Source: an uncultured virus (IMG/VR IMGVR_UViG_3300010351_001916) (Duplodnaviria; Heunggongvirae; Uroviricota; Caudoviricetes). Taken from it: a stretch of DNA of 64,000 nt. Shown here in pieces: positions 45,749-55,687 of the stretch. A program made the translations under genes and the position numbers. The notes beneath the pieces are model-generated. The model saw only the letters and a program-made list of their open reading frames with translations. It was not told the origin of the DNA and did no database searches. The DNA lies in IMG/VR virus record IMGVR_UViG_3300010351_001916; one strand, written 5' to 3'. Position 1 is the stretch's first letter; the number at the start of each line of letters is the position of its first letter.

Positions 45749-46834
45749 CTACTCCCTTTTCCGTGAGAGGATCCAGTCTCTAAGGGCCGACACTGAATCG
45801 AGTACCACGGCTTGCGCCGCGGGCGGGCGGCGCTGCCCCACGGGAAGCCTCGCTCTCAACCCGCCATCGGCGGTGACGAACGCATCGGTGTATACCGGCG
45901 CGTACCCGGCGTGCTCGATGTCCCAGAAATCCTGTGGTCTGCTCCGTCGTCTCGGGTCCGCTGACTGGGCGGCAACAACGTGAGCGAATACCTCGAGCAC
46001 GGGCGCGGCTTCCCGAAAGACCTTGCGTAACCGCTCGTCGTTTCCGTCGCCATGCTGTGAGCGGTAGGCGTGAACCAACCTATCAAACTCTGCGGGAGTC
46101 ATCTCCGCCCTCGAGCAACGTCGGATTGCTGGCATCACGCATTCCGCGAACAAGGAGCGCCGCGCATTCCTGACAACTGCCTCGAGATCGTACCGCTGGG
46201 GGCCCTTGGCCAAGTACTCCTGGCGTTGAGCCTCCATTCGTTCGGCGTATGTAGCGGTGCGAGCGTGGCCCGCGCGAATCTCGTCGACGTTGCAGTGCTC
46301 AACCAGCCACTTGACGGTGGCAGTGCCCGGATCGCGGAGATGAGCCAAGAAGCGCTCAACGTCTGCACGACGCCATCCTTCGGGGAAAGATGTGTAACTA
46401 TCGGCGAGGTAGTCCTGGACCGCTGTGAAGACTTCATTCCTACGGGACTGCGGCCGCTCCGAGTGGAAGACGTACCGATACGCGGCTTCACCTTCCATCG
46501 CGTAGACGTACTGAGAATTGCGAAGGGCAACCCCCAGTGAGAGCGCGTCCATCAACTCAGCGTGTCTAACGCGCACGTCGTCCGCAGGGATGTCGAACAT
46601 CTCGCTCATGGAGGCGAATGCCACTGGGAAGACGGCGAGGCCATCGTCCACCGCGCGTAGGCAGACGTCCCGGCAACTGCGGGCATCCGGCGTGACCGCG
46701 TCCTGCAAATCTATCCAGATGTTGTGGTCGAGGTATACGACGGTCCGGTCTTTGACCCGGTCGTTGAAGATCTCGATGGGGTCGAAGTTGCGCACCCTGT
46801 GGGCTGGAAGAACGATCTCGTGGGTCGACGACAT
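45749..46834 (-). CDS. PIN-like domain cargo protein
   Basis: VVYLDHNIWIDL and DFWDIEH...DAFVTAD acidic motifs; antisense. Confidence 0.6.
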   Translation of the reverse strand: MSSTHEIVLPAHRVRNFDPIEIFNDRVKDRTVVYLDHNIWIDLQDAVTPDARSCRDVCLRAVDDGLAVFPVAFASMSEMFDIPADDVRVRHAELMDALSLGVALRNSQYVYAMEGEAAYRYVFHSERPQSRRNEVFTAVQDYLADSYTSFPEGWRRADVERFLAHLRDPGTATVKWLVEHCNVDEIRAGHARTATYAERMEAQRQEYLAKGPQRYDLEAVVRNARRSLFAECVMPAIRRCSRAEMTPAEFDRLVHAYRSQHGDGNDERLRKVFREAAPVLEVFAHVVAAQSADPRRRSRPQDFWDIEHAGYAPVYTDAFVTADGGLRARLPVGQRRPPAAQAVVLDSVSALRDWILSRKRE

Positions 46835-46936
46835 TGGGGGGCTCCGCCTGAACCTTGCGGCTGGCTCCAACCGTAGACTGCCATCGGGTCACCTTGCCGT
46901 CGAGGCCCCAGAGACAACGCGCGGCTCACGGCTCTT

Positions 46937-46965
46937 GTCCCCCAAACATCACGAGCCCCCTCTGC
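46937..46965 (+). promoter_or_regulatory. Class L motif GTCCC-N18-CTCTGC
   Basis: Upstream of the tail fibre gene. Confidence 0.7.
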
Positions 46966-46984
46966 CTCCCCGAAGGCCTCGGCC

Positions 46985-48457
46985 ATGGCAGACCGTCTCG
47001 ACTACTACTTCCGGCAGAAGGTGACCGAGGCCGAGCTCGACCTGGGCTTCGAGCTGCTCGAGAAGGCCGACCACAACCTCGCCGCTGACATCGGGGTCTA
47101 CGGCGTCGTCAGCGGCGCCGTGCCCACGCAGCACGCGCCAATCGCCGACCTCACCATCGACCTGTCCGCCCCCGGCCGAGCCTACGACCGGCTCGGGCAG
47201 CGCGTGTTCTTCGGCACGGGCCAGACGGTGAACCTGGCCGTCGACTCCACCGGCATCCCCACCGACGTCTCGACCAACACGCACGAACGGTGGCTTGGCG
47301 TGTTCATTCGCTTCAAGCGGCTCCTCTCGGACCCGCGCACCGACGGCAACTCCCAGCAGGTCTTCTTCCGGCGTGACGAGTCGTTCGAGCTCGTGGTCCG
47401 CCAGGGGCCGCAGGCCGCCATCGGTTCCGCACCGAAGGTCCCGCTCGTGGACGACGAGCTTCTGGTCTGCGACGTGAACCGCCGCGCCGGGCAGCTCCAG
47501 ATCCTTAACGCCGACATCAGCGTGGCGCGCCGCCAGGCCTTCGTGTTCGCGCACGGCGACGCGGTCCAGGTGCTCTCCGGCCTGTGGAGCGCGATCAGCG
47601 CCGCCGCGAACAGTGTGCAGGCAGCCCTCGACTCGGTCGACGAGCTTCTGGCCGGGCACTTCGGGGCGACCTCGCACCGCCACAAGGCCCAGGACGTCGA
47701 CTACACGCCGCATGGCTTCGTCGCAGCAAGCAACGTGAGGGGTGCACTCGACGAACTTATCGACGACTTGTCCTCGACCGTGTCGAGCAGTCCCGGCGCC
47801 GCGCGGGTGGGCGCAGACGCCGTCGCGGGAACGCCTCACGCCCTCCCGGTAGGATCGGTCGACGCCCAGCTGTCCCAGCTCCTCGCATGGCTCAACGCCC
47901 ATGTCGGCGCGATGGCGAACGCGCACAAGGCCTCGGCGATCCAGGCCGCGGTGCACAGCTTCATCTCGGGTACCAGCGTGCAGGCGCAGCTCCAGGAGAT
48001 TGCGTCGGACCTTCAATCGCAGGCGAACCCGAACAGCGGCGCGAGCCTGGTGGGGAACGACGCAGCCGCCGCGTCGCCCTACTCGATCACGGCCGGCTCG
48101 GTGCGAAGTCAGCTCCGCGAATGCGTCAAGAACATCAACGTTCACGTCGACTCTGCAGACCACGACGCGCGCTATCTGCGTGAAGTGTACCGGCAGACCA
48201 ACCAGCTCAATCCGGGCGAGTCGAGGCTGTACACGACCCTCGACGACTTCCCGCACGTCATCGAGTACGCGTACAACTACGTAGGGACGAACGGGTGGCC
48301 TGAAGCCACGACCTACGTGCAAGGAGCGCTCTCGTCGCAAATCCGTTGCTGGATGACCAAGGTGACGGTCTCCGGCGGTACCGACTGCGAGCTCTGGGTT
48401 CGGAACACGTCGTCCGAGCAACTCTTCATCACCGTGGGGGCCTATCGTGTCGCGTAG
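46985..48457 (+). CDS. Tail fibre protein
   Basis: Repeats SVQAALD, NVRGALD, SVDAQLS, SVQAQLQ and SVRSQLR with HKA motifs; distinct C-terminal domain. Confidence 0.7.
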   Translation: MADRLDYYFRQKVTEAELDLGFELLEKADHNLAADIGVYGVVSGAVPTQHAPIADLTIDLSAPGRAYDRLGQRVFFGTGQTVNLAVDSTGIPTDVSTNTHERWLGVFIRFKRLLSDPRTDGNSQQVFFRRDESFELVVRQGPQAAIGSAPKVPLVDDELLVCDVNRRAGQLQILNADISVARRQAFVFAHGDAVQVLSGLWSAISAAANSVQAALDSVDELLAGHFGATSHRHKAQDVDYTPHGFVAASNVRGALDELIDDLSSTVSSSPGAARVGADAVAGTPHALPVGSVDAQLSQLLAWLNAHVGAMANAHKASAIQAAVHSFISGTSVQAQLQEIASDLQSQANPNSGASLVGNDAAAASPYSITAGSVRSQLRECVKNINVHVDSADHDARYLREVYRQTNQLNPGESRLYTTLDDFPHVIEYAYNYVGTNGWPEATTYVQGALSSQIRCWMTKVTVSGGTDCELWVRNTSSEQLFITVGAYRVA

Positions 48458-48896
48458 CACACGCAAGAGTCTGGCGGATCGAGTCGAACGCATCGGGACC
48501 AAGAGCGCCAAGGCACTGGCCGAGTTCGCCTCGCGCACGGGCGCCAAGGGCGAGCTCCCGTGCTGGGGAGCAATCGCGGATCATATCGAGAAGAACGTGG
48601 TCGACGATGCCGCGCTCGAATCGCTCTGGCGGGCGATGGTCGAGGTCGGCGACTCGCGTCCGCAGCTTGTCCTGCTCAGCATCCTGAAAGACAAGCCCAA
48701 GCTCATCGAGCTCGCGGCGCGGGACGAAGGGAATGTGTCGCCCGTCGTCCGTCAAGCGCTCACCGCGCTTCGTATCCCCGACGACACCGAGTCGAACCGC
48801 GGGTTCGAGACCCGCCTAAACGAGCTCCTCGCCGTTCGGTACTTCGTGCCGGACAGCGTGGAGCCCCAACGCGAATCGCAGCGAAGGAGTAAGTAG
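48447..48896 (+). CDS. Hypothetical protein
   Basis: Overlaps the end of the fibre gene. Confidence 0.55.
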   Translation: MSRSTRKSLADRVERIGTKSAKALAEFASRTGAKGELPCWGAIADHIEKNVVDDAALESLWRAMVEVGDSRPQLVLLSILKDKPKLIELAARDEGNVSPVVRQALTALRIPDDTESNRGFETRLNELLAVRYFVPDSVEPQRESQRRSK

Positions 48897-48897
48897 C

Positions 48898-49152
48898 ATG
48901 GAGATGTACGCAACAATCGCCGAGTTCCTCAAGGCGACCGGCCCCTACGGCCTGGTGGCCGTGCTCGGCTGGGCCTTCTGGCGTGTGATCGAAAAGAAGG
49001 ACAAGGAGGTGAAGGACCTCTACGAGAAGGTCGCGCAGATCTCCGAGGCCCAGACCTCGGCGATCACCAAGGTCGAGGCGGCCCTGCTCGCGCTCCGCGA
49101 GGCCATCGACGAGCTCCGCGGCCGCACCCGCAACGCTTCGACCCACGAGTGA
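48898..49152 (+). CDS. Holin-like protein (one TM plus coiled coil)
   Basis: GPYGLVAVLGWAFW; adjacent to the candidate lysin. Confidence 0.55.
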   Translation: MEMYATIAEFLKATGPYGLVAVLGWAFWRVIEKKDKEVKDLYEKVAQISEAQTSAITKVEAALLALREAIDELRGRTRNASTHE

Positions 49153-49748
49153 GCGGCGTCATGGGACCCTTCGACTTCACCAACGGCCCATTCACGACCG
49201 AGGAAGTCCTGCGGGCAACAGCAGTCGCCATCGCGCGACACGCGTGCAACGGAGACGACGGGCGCGTCCTCGGCGACCCCGTGTTCGAGGAAGTCACCGA
49301 GGAGCGCAACCGCTGGCCCAAGTACTCCGCCTGCGGCGACCTCCCTCAGTTCGTCTTGATGCGTCTCGGGCTTCGGGACGAGCGGATCGTGAACCGAAAC
49401 GACGACGGTGGCAAGCTGCCCTGGAGCATTGGCCAGAACCTCTCCAAGCTCGTCTTCCGCACCGGGAAGGCCTTCGTTTGGAGCACAGTCAAGAAGCGAC
49501 CAAAGCCTGGCGACGTTCTCTACGTCGCAATGCCCGAGCACGTGTGCGTACTCGAAAGTCTCGACGAGGCCGCCGGGACAATTGCCACCTTCGACTACGG
49601 GCTCGTCGACCCGAAGACCGGGAAGCCCGCGGGACGGCGCCGCGTCTCACGCTTTCGCGTACAAGGAAAGCAGCTCATGGTGGGCAATCGCGTCCTGCGC
49701 GGGTGGCTCGACATCGCCAGAATCCCCGGACTTCTGGCGCCCTCCTGA
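49149..49748 (+). CDS. CHAP/NlpC-P60-like amidase, candidate endolysin
   Basis: YSACGDL (Cys) and PKPGDVLYV..PEHVCV (His). Confidence 0.55.
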   Translation: MSGVMGPFDFTNGPFTTEEVLRATAVAIARHACNGDDGRVLGDPVFEEVTEERNRWPKYSACGDLPQFVLMRLGLRDERIVNRNDDGGKLPWSIGQNLSKLVFRTGKAFVWSTVKKRPKPGDVLYVAMPEHVCVLESLDEAAGTIATFDYGLVDPKTGKPAGRRRVSRFRVQGKQLMVGNRVLRGWLDIARIPGLLAPS

Positions 49749-49774
49749 TTTCCCCCCAGAATCTGCTCTACCGG

Positions 49775-49805
49775 CCTTGATATGCCGCGCAACCGGAGCC
49801 TGTAT
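49775..49805 (+). promoter_or_regulatory. Class E motif CCTTG-N16-GAGCCTGTAT
   Basis: Repeated with identical spacing. Confidence 0.7.
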
Positions 49806-49853
49806 GTCGCTCGCGGGGCACGCGAATCACCGCCCCGCAGAAGGAGCAGAACG

Positions 49854-50105
49854 ATGAAGGTGGGAGAGCTGATCGAGATGCTGCAGCAGTACGACCCGGA
49901 AGCAGAACTCTACCTGGCCGAACAACCCTCTTGGCCGTTCGAATTCTCGATCGCGGGTGTGGTGCAACGCGAGGACGTCCTCGCCGAGGAAGACGACGAC
50001 GTCGCTGTCTGCCGCGACGGCATGTCCCCCTCGGATGTACTGCTGATCGAGGGAACGCAGCTGCGATACGGATCCAAGCAGACCTGGGCATTCGCGCGAC
50101 GATAG
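49854..50105 (+). CDS. Small hypothetical phage protein
   Basis: AAGGAG upstream; MKVGELIEMLQQYDPEAE. Confidence 0.7.
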   Translation: MKVGELIEMLQQYDPEAELYLAEQPSWPFEFSIAGVVQREDVLAEEDDDVAVCRDGMSPSDVLLIEGTQLRYGSKQTWAFARR

Positions 50106-50203
50106 CGCTGCACCGAACAACCGCGCAGCCGGACGGGTCCCCCCCGCGCCGGCTTTGCTCCTTCTGCCACCTTGTGGAATCAACATCGCGCTCTCGAATA
50201 CGA

Positions 50204-50234
50204 CCTTGCCTTCGTCGATCGCCGGAGCCTGTAT
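50204..50234 (+). promoter_or_regulatory. Class E motif CCTTG-N16-GAGCCTGTAT
   Basis: Repeated motif. Confidence 0.7.
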
Positions 50235-50335
50235 GTGCGCAGCGAAGCCCGACCAAGCAGGGCGAGACGACGACCCCGGCGAGCAGAGCGGGATGCCGCG
50301 CGAGGGGAACGTGTACCCGCAGAAGGAGTCCGACC

Positions 50336-51136
50336 ATGCCGCGACGAACCCAACCCACCAACGACCTCGACAACCTTCGCCTCCCCGAGCTGCAGCAACG
50401 ATTCCTCGAGGTCATCGGCGAAGAGACCCGTTGCCCCAATCGCACCTTCCTCATCCGCCGCATTGAGCAAGCGATGCTCCAGCGAGCCGAGCAGCCCGAA
50501 GCGCTGGAGCCCCAGGGGGAGATTCCCGCGCCTGCAGAGCCCGAAGAGCAGCCGGAGCCGCACCACGAGCTCGAGGCCCCAGCACAGAGCGAGGCAGTGG
50601 CCACGGAGGTGGAGGCAGATACCGGCGAACCTGCTGCGAACCCCGAGGAAGTCGCCGCCCCTCACGAGGAGACGCCCACCGCGGAAGAACACGCCGAGCC
50701 CTCACAGCAGAGCGCACAGCCCAAGAAGAGGGCGCGGAAGAACACTTCCGAAGGCGCCACCGCTGTCCGCGCTGAGCGTGGGCGGTTCAAGAGCATGACC
50801 GTCGAGGAGCTCCAGGCGATGTACCTGCAGAAGGTCGGTCGCCCCACCGGCTCGACCGACAAGGCGTATCTCATCTGGAAGATCCGCGAGGCGGAAAAGG
50901 GGAGGATCCCGATCGGCCCGCGCGAGACCAGGAGCCCGGACCAGCAGGGCGCCACGGACGTCCGCATCCTCCCGTTGCGCCTCGACGCCAGCGCGGTCGA
51001 GCAGATGGACGCCGCGTGGAGAGCGCACGGGATGAAAACCCGGATGGAGTTCTTCCGGCGCGCTCTCGGCCATTACCTGGAGCACATCGGCGCCCACGAC
51101 GCGGCCGCGCTTTTCGGCCCGGAGCAAGCCGCCTGA
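50336..51136 (+). CDS. Protein with two DUF2924-like helical modules and a C-terminal ribbon-helix-helix
   Basis: LPELQQRFLEVIG...FLIRRI and VEELQAMYLQKVG...YLIWKI; ILPLRLD...TRMEFFRRAL. Confidence 0.6.
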   Translation: MPRRTQPTNDLDNLRLPELQQRFLEVIGEETRCPNRTFLIRRIEQAMLQRAEQPEALEPQGEIPAPAEPEEQPEPHHELEAPAQSEAVATEVEADTGEPAANPEEVAAPHEETPTAEEHAEPSQQSAQPKKRARKNTSEGATAVRAERGRFKSMTVEELQAMYLQKVGRPTGSTDKAYLIWKIREAEKGRIPIGPRETRSPDQQGATDVRILPLRLDASAVEQMDAAWRAHGMKTRMEFFRRALGHYLEHIGAHDAAALFGPEQAA

Positions 51137-51262
51137 ATCCCAATCCGCGATTCCACCATAGCCTGCCTACATCACCCCTACATGGCAGTCCACGCAGCAT
51201 CTCCGCGGAATGTTGCAAGTATCTCAACCACCTGAAAAAGAACATCTTTCTGTCGATTGACG

Positions 51263-51293
51263 CCTTGCTAATCCCACACACCGGAGCCTGTAT
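51263..51293 (+). promoter_or_regulatory. Class E motif CCTTG-N16-GAGCCTGTAT
   Basis: Repeated motif upstream of the amidoligase gene. Confidence 0.7.
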
Positions 51294-51338
51294 GTCCCAC
51301 GCGACAACGCACCCCCCACGGGACAACGGAGAAGGAAA

Positions 51339-52244
51339 ATGCTCAACACGCTGCGCTTCGGGATCGAGATCGAGACGGTGGGCCTGGGACGCGAAGGCCT
51401 CGCGAATGCCATCCAGAGCGTGGTTGGCGGAACCAAGACTGCCGACTACCGCAGCTGGAAGATCGTAGACGCCAAGGGCCGCAGCTGGAGGGTGGTGCCG
51501 GATGGTTCGCTGAGCGGCGGAGAGCAGAGCGGGGAGATCGTCAGCCCGGTCCTCGGCTACGACGATATCGATGAGTTGCAGCAGGTGGTTCGGGCGGTGC
51601 GCAACGCGGGCGGACGCTCCGACCTGAGTTGCGGAATCCACGTCCACATTGACGGAAGCCGATTCGATGCGCGCGGGGTGACGAATCTGGTCAAGATGGT
51701 GCACAAGCAGGAGCGCTTGATCGAACAGGCGCTCGGGATCAGCGAGACCCGCCTCCAGCGCTACTGCCGCCCGGTCGACGCGGAGTTCATCCGCCGCCTG
51801 GAGAGCCGCCGCCCGCGCACGATGCAGGAAGTCAGCGACGCCTGGTACGGGCGCCGCAACGCGAACCCCGATCGCTATGATTCGAGTCGCTATCACGGAG
51901 TCAACCTAAACAGCCTGTTTTTTAGGGGATCGATCGAGCTGAGGTTCTTCAACGGGACGACGCACGCGGGCGAGATCAAGTCGTACATTCAATTCGCTCT
52001 CGCGCTCGCCGCCAAGGCGCTCGGGTCGAAGGCAGCATCGAGCCGCCGCCGCGAATACAACGCAGCGACTTCGAAGTACGACATGAGGGTCTGGCTCCTC
52101 GGCCTCGGGATGATTGGCGACGAGTTCAAGACCGCCCGGCTGCACCTGCTCAAGAAGCTCGGCGGCTCCGCTGCTTGGAAGGGCGAGCGCCGCGATCGCG
52201 CCCAGGGCGACCAGCGCGCAGCCCAGGAGGAACGTGCCGCATAA
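51339..52244 (+). CDS. Amidoligase (COOH-NH2 ligase family)
   Basis: [40 protein letters not shown]. Confidence 0.9.
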   Translation: MLNTLRFGIEIETVGLGREGLANAIQSVVGGTKTADYRSWKIVDAKGRSWRVVPDGSLSGGEQSGEIVSPVLGYDDIDELQQVVRAVRNAGGRSDLSCGIHVHIDGSRFDARGVTNLVKMVHKQERLIEQALGISETRLQRYCRPVDAEFIRRLESRRPRTMQEVSDAWYGRRNANPDRYDSSRYHGVNLNSLFFRGSIELRFFNGTTHAGEIKSYIQFALALAAKALGSKAASSRRREYNAATSKYDMRVWLLGLGMIGDEFKTARLHLLKKLGGSAAWKGERRDRAQGDQRAAQEERAA

Positions 52245-52257
52245 CGCAATAGCCCGG

Positions 52258-52279
52258 GGGGGCCCGGCCGCGGGCCCCC
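52258..52279 (+). terminator. GC hairpin after the amidoligase gene (no U-tract)
   Basis: GGGGGCCCG-GCCG-CGGGCCCCC. Confidence 0.4.
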
Positions 52280-52447
52280 AAGCCAGGCCGCAAGTTCTGC
52301 TGACGCCCTGATTCGGGCATCGCGCAGAATCCTCGAAGAACCCGCAGGCCCTGATACGTACATCAGGGCGGCGACAATCGGGGGGCGAGAATCCTCGAGG
52401 ATTGTCGAAGGTGATAGTTGGAACACAACCCGCATGTACATCCGGCC

Positions 52448-52762
52448 ATGAAGACGAACAACGCAATCAGCAAGACGCCCGCGAACGCCAACATCAATGT
52501 ATCGCTTGCCCACAGCCGCTACGGGACAGCGCAGCCGCAGGTCGAGATCCGCTACCCGCGCGGGACCCACTACCGCGTAGTGCGCGCCGCCCTCTACGCC
52601 CTTGCCGCGAAGCTCGAGACCGCGACGCCGGCCGGGGACAACTGGGTCGTCGAAGTCGACGCTTTCGGCGACGAGAGCGGGCGAGTGTACCTCGAACTGG
52701 TCAAGGCCGACGACGCCGAGACGAAGCGCGGGCTCGCGCTGCTCCGAAAGGTGGTCGGCTGA
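52448..52762 (+). CDS. Hypothetical protein
   Basis: 104-aa ORF with typical codon use. Confidence 0.55.
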   Translation: MKTNNAISKTPANANINVSLAHSRYGTAQPQVEIRYPRGTHYRVVRAALYALAAKLETATPAGDNWVVEVDAFGDESGRVYLELVKADDAETKRGLALLRKVVG

Positions 52763-52871
52763 CCGGGCCGGGGGCAGGGGCGCCAAGCGCGCTCCCGCCC
52801 TCGACTTGTCGCGCGCGAGAAGCGATTCATGATACGCGGGCAGGGAGCCCGCCGACGCGGGAGAAACGAAC

Positions 52872-53312
52872 GTGCTCTACTTTGCCTATGGCTCGAATCT
52901 CAACGAAGCGCAGATGCGCGAGCGCTGCCCAAGCGCCGTGCGCGGTCCGCGCGCGCGCCTTCGCGGCTACGCGCTGACGTTCGGCGGGTTCAGCCACCGA
53001 TGGGGCGGCGCGGTGGCAAGCGTCATCCGGGCGCATGGAGCCGAAGTGCACGGGCTCCTCTACGCCATCGACGCCGAGGACATCGCGGCGCTCGACCGCT
53101 GCGAGGGCCACCCCTTCGCGTACGAGCGCGTGGAGCGCATCGTCATCGACGAGGAGAGCCGCCGCCGGCGCGTTCATCTCTACCTCCAGCCCGAGGAGGG
53201 CTTCGAGCCGTGGGAGCCCGCCCCGGACTACTACGCGGTCCTGCGGCGCGCGTACGCCCGCTTGGGCTTCGACCGGAGGCGGCTGGCTGCCGCAGCGCGG
53301 GTGGCGGCATGA
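52872..53312 (+). CDS. Gamma-glutamylcyclotransferase-family protein
   Basis: LYFAYGSNL, LDRCEG. Confidence 0.88.
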   Translation: MLYFAYGSNLNEAQMRERCPSAVRGPRARLRGYALTFGGFSHRWGGAVASVIRAHGAEVHGLLYAIDAEDIAALDRCEGHPFAYERVERIVIDEESRRRRVHLYLQPEEGFEPWEPAPDYYAVLRRAYARLGFDRRRLAAAARVAA

Positions 53313-53707
53313 GGCGCGACGTGAGCCAACGTGGGGCCAGCACGCGCGTGTTCGTCTACGGCACGCTTCTGGAGGGCGAGGGGAACCACGACCTCCTCGC
53401 CCGCGCCGAGTTCCTTGGCCCGGCTCGCACGCCGCCCCGCTTCGCGCTCCACGACCTGGGAGGCTTCCCGGGTCTGGTCGCCGGCGGCGAGCACGCGGTC
53501 GACGGAGAAGTGTACATCGTCGGGCCGGACACCCTGGCCCGGTTGGATCAGCTCGAAGGCCATCCCCGGTTCTACCGGCGCGCTCCGATCGCCCTCGAGG
53601 ACGGCTGCACCGTCGAAACCTACCTGCTGCCCCGCGACCGCGTCGAGGGACGTCCCGTCATCGCGTCGGGCAGCTGGCGCGCGCGCCGGAGAGAGAGGGT
53701 CGCATGA
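53309..53707 (+). CDS. GGCT/AIG2-like protein
   Basis: VFVYGTLL, GEVY, LDQLEGHPRFY. Confidence 0.88.
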   Translation: MRRDVSQRGASTRVFVYGTLLEGEGNHDLLARAEFLGPARTPPRFALHDLGGFPGLVAGGEHAVDGEVYIVGPDTLARLDQLEGHPRFYRRAPIALEDGCTVETYLLPRDRVEGRPVIASGSWRARRRERVA

Positions 53708-53946
53708 ACATCGTGATGCGTGATGGCCGCGTCTTCCGCGGCACGGCGGTGCAGATCGTCAAGGCGATGCAGGACATCGCGTTCGGTGTTGAGCAGTTCA
53801 CGCTGCCCGAGTACATCGACTGGGTCGTGCAGAACGCCGCGAAATTCGAGGAGGTCGAGCTCAAGATCACGGGCGAGACCGACGAGGAGAAGGCGGCGTC
53901 GCTGGTGGCGGAGATGATCAGGACGGGTTTGACGCGGAAGATGTGA
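53704..53946 (+). CDS. Small hypothetical protein
   Basis: ATGA-coupled to the previous gene. Confidence 0.65.
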   Translation: MNIVMRDGRVFRGTAVQIVKAMQDIAFGVEQFTLPEYIDWVVQNAAKFEEVELKITGETDEEKAASLVAEMIRTGLTRKM

Positions 53947-54120
53947 GCGGCGAATTCCGTTTGGATAGAAGCAGTTCGTCGACCGCTTCCGATTTCCGGC
54001 GCTTGGGTGCCGCGCTGAACACAGATTCGTGGGGCACATTCTTGGGAGTGAAGAAACAGCGGGACACCATTCCGCTGAGAGTCTTGTATGATCGCCAGGC
54101 TGCCCAGAGGAGGTACGAGC

Positions 54121-54750
54121 ATGGTGACCATCGAGCTACAGCGATCGTTCTGGGTGAGTGCGCTGTTAACAGCGCACGAGTTGTACGAGTTCGCCGATGA
54201 GAACGAGCAGATCAAGTCGATGGAATGCCTCGGCTGGTGCTGGGGCGATCGCAACCACGCGCGCAACCTGTTCGTTGTACGCTACGCGAGTGTGACGCAG
54301 CTTATCGAGCACCGGGATGAGGGCTCAGTGCTGGGGCCCGACCCGTTCACGAGCTTGTTGCACCAAGCGTGGGCGGGCCTCGACCTGGCCGACGTGAACC
54401 CACTCGGGAACTTCCACTCCCACCCGTGGTCCGCTGCCGAAGTCGACCAGATCCGCGGCAACGGCGAGCCGGACACGTTCTTCTGGGAAGCGTCCGACGC
54501 CGACAAGGACAGCATGGGGCCGGACATGATTGAGGTGATCATCGCGCTTCGCCCGATCGGCAAGGTCGACGCGGCCGAGCACCAGTGGGCCGAGCGCGGC
54601 CTCATCGTTTCCGGTAAGCACGATGTGAAGCACGTGGCGATCTCGGGGTGGCACAAGGACGATCAGGGGACCGTCACACAGGCAAAGGTTCGCTTCCCGG
54701 ACTGCGCATTCATTAACGACCTGATCGCAAGGATTGATGCGCGGCGCTAA
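54121..54750 (+). CDS. JAB/MPN metalloprotease
   Basis: E of MECLG, GNFHSHP, ASDAD; GAGGAGG upstream. Confidence 0.75.
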   Translation: MVTIELQRSFWVSALLTAHELYEFADENEQIKSMECLGWCWGDRNHARNLFVVRYASVTQLIEHRDEGSVLGPDPFTSLLHQAWAGLDLADVNPLGNFHSHPWSAAEVDQIRGNGEPDTFFWEASDADKDSMGPDMIEVIIALRPIGKVDAAEHQWAERGLIVSGKHDVKHVAISGWHKDDQGTVTQAKVRFPDCAFINDLIARIDARR

Positions 54751-55051
54751 GCCACCTCTGGTTGCGCTTCTTGCGATACGGATGCTTGTCGACTTTCGCC
54801 GGCACTAGCGATCGTTCGCAGGGGACCTTCACCGGTCTGGTTTGGTAATAGTGTGAATAGAACCTTGTGCCCAGCTCGCGGGCGGCGGCAGAAAACACCT
54901 TCTGGACACCACACAGCGCGTCAACTACACCGCCGCGAAAACAGGGTACTTGACGAGCTGTGATTTCGCCAGGATCTGTGCCGATACCGAACACGGATGG
55001 GCAGGGTAGGTCAGTCCAGGTCGAGCCTCTTGGGCGCGCGCTCCGTCGCGG

Positions 55052-55687
55052 TCAGTTGGTCGATCGTGCTCGCTCACTGCGTGCAGGATGGGCGACGCCC
55101 GTCGCAGCCGCGAGTTCGGCGATCACGCGCTCGAGGACATCGCCCGGGCTCCCAGGGTCGCCTGACACGCGCACGAACCGTCCGACCACGTCCACGTGCG
55201 CGCGCCGCAGATGCTCGTCGCGCAGGCGGCAGTCAGCGTCGGCCGTGATGGTCTCCAGATCCTCGGCGCTCGTTCCTCGGCGGTGCAGTCTCGCGACGCG
55301 CGTCGCAAGCGGTGTGTCCATGTAGATGGTGACGTCCGCAGGCCGGAGCAGCCGCTGCACATCGTCGACCTCGAGCCGCGATCCCCTGAAGGCGGCGTAC
55401 GCCTGGGTCGAGAGAAAGTAGCGGTCGAGGACTACCGAGCGACCTCGCTTCAGCAGCGCGGAGACCTCTTCCGACGCTGCGAAAACGGTGGCGAGGTAGA
55501 AGAGTTGCTTGGCCTCTTGGCTCGAGCCGAGGGTCTCGACGAGGTCGTCACGAAAGCTCCGAACGCGTGGCGAGGGGGTCGTCATGAATTCGGCGCTGAT
55601 GCGCTCGGCGAGTTGGGCAGCGCACGTGCTCTTGCCGGAGCCGTCCAGGCCCTCGAACACAATGAAGGTCGGCCGGGGAAGCGTCAT
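55052..55687 (-). CDS. Thymidylate/CMPK2-like nucleotide monophosphate kinase
   Basis: FIVFEGLDGSGKST, VVLDRYFLSTQAY. Confidence 0.88.
   Translation of the reverse strand: MTLPRPTFIVFEGLDGSGKSTCAAQLAERISAEFMTTPSPRVRSFRDDLVETLGSSQEAKQLFYLATVFAASEEVSALLKRGRSVVLDRYFLSTQAYAAFRGSRLEVDDVQRLLRPADVTIYMDTPLATRVARLHRRGTSAEDLETITADADCRLRDEHLRRAHVDVVGRFVRVSGDPGSPGDVLERVIAELAAATGVAHPARSERARSTN

Noticed and set aside
46985..48457. Diversity-generating retroelement or invertible tail-fibre cassette
   Set aside because: No reverse transcriptase, template repeat or inverted fibre copy was seen
53947..55051. attR site or tRNA at the right prophage boundary
   Set aside because: No tRNA structure was recognised and the left end is unavailable for comparison
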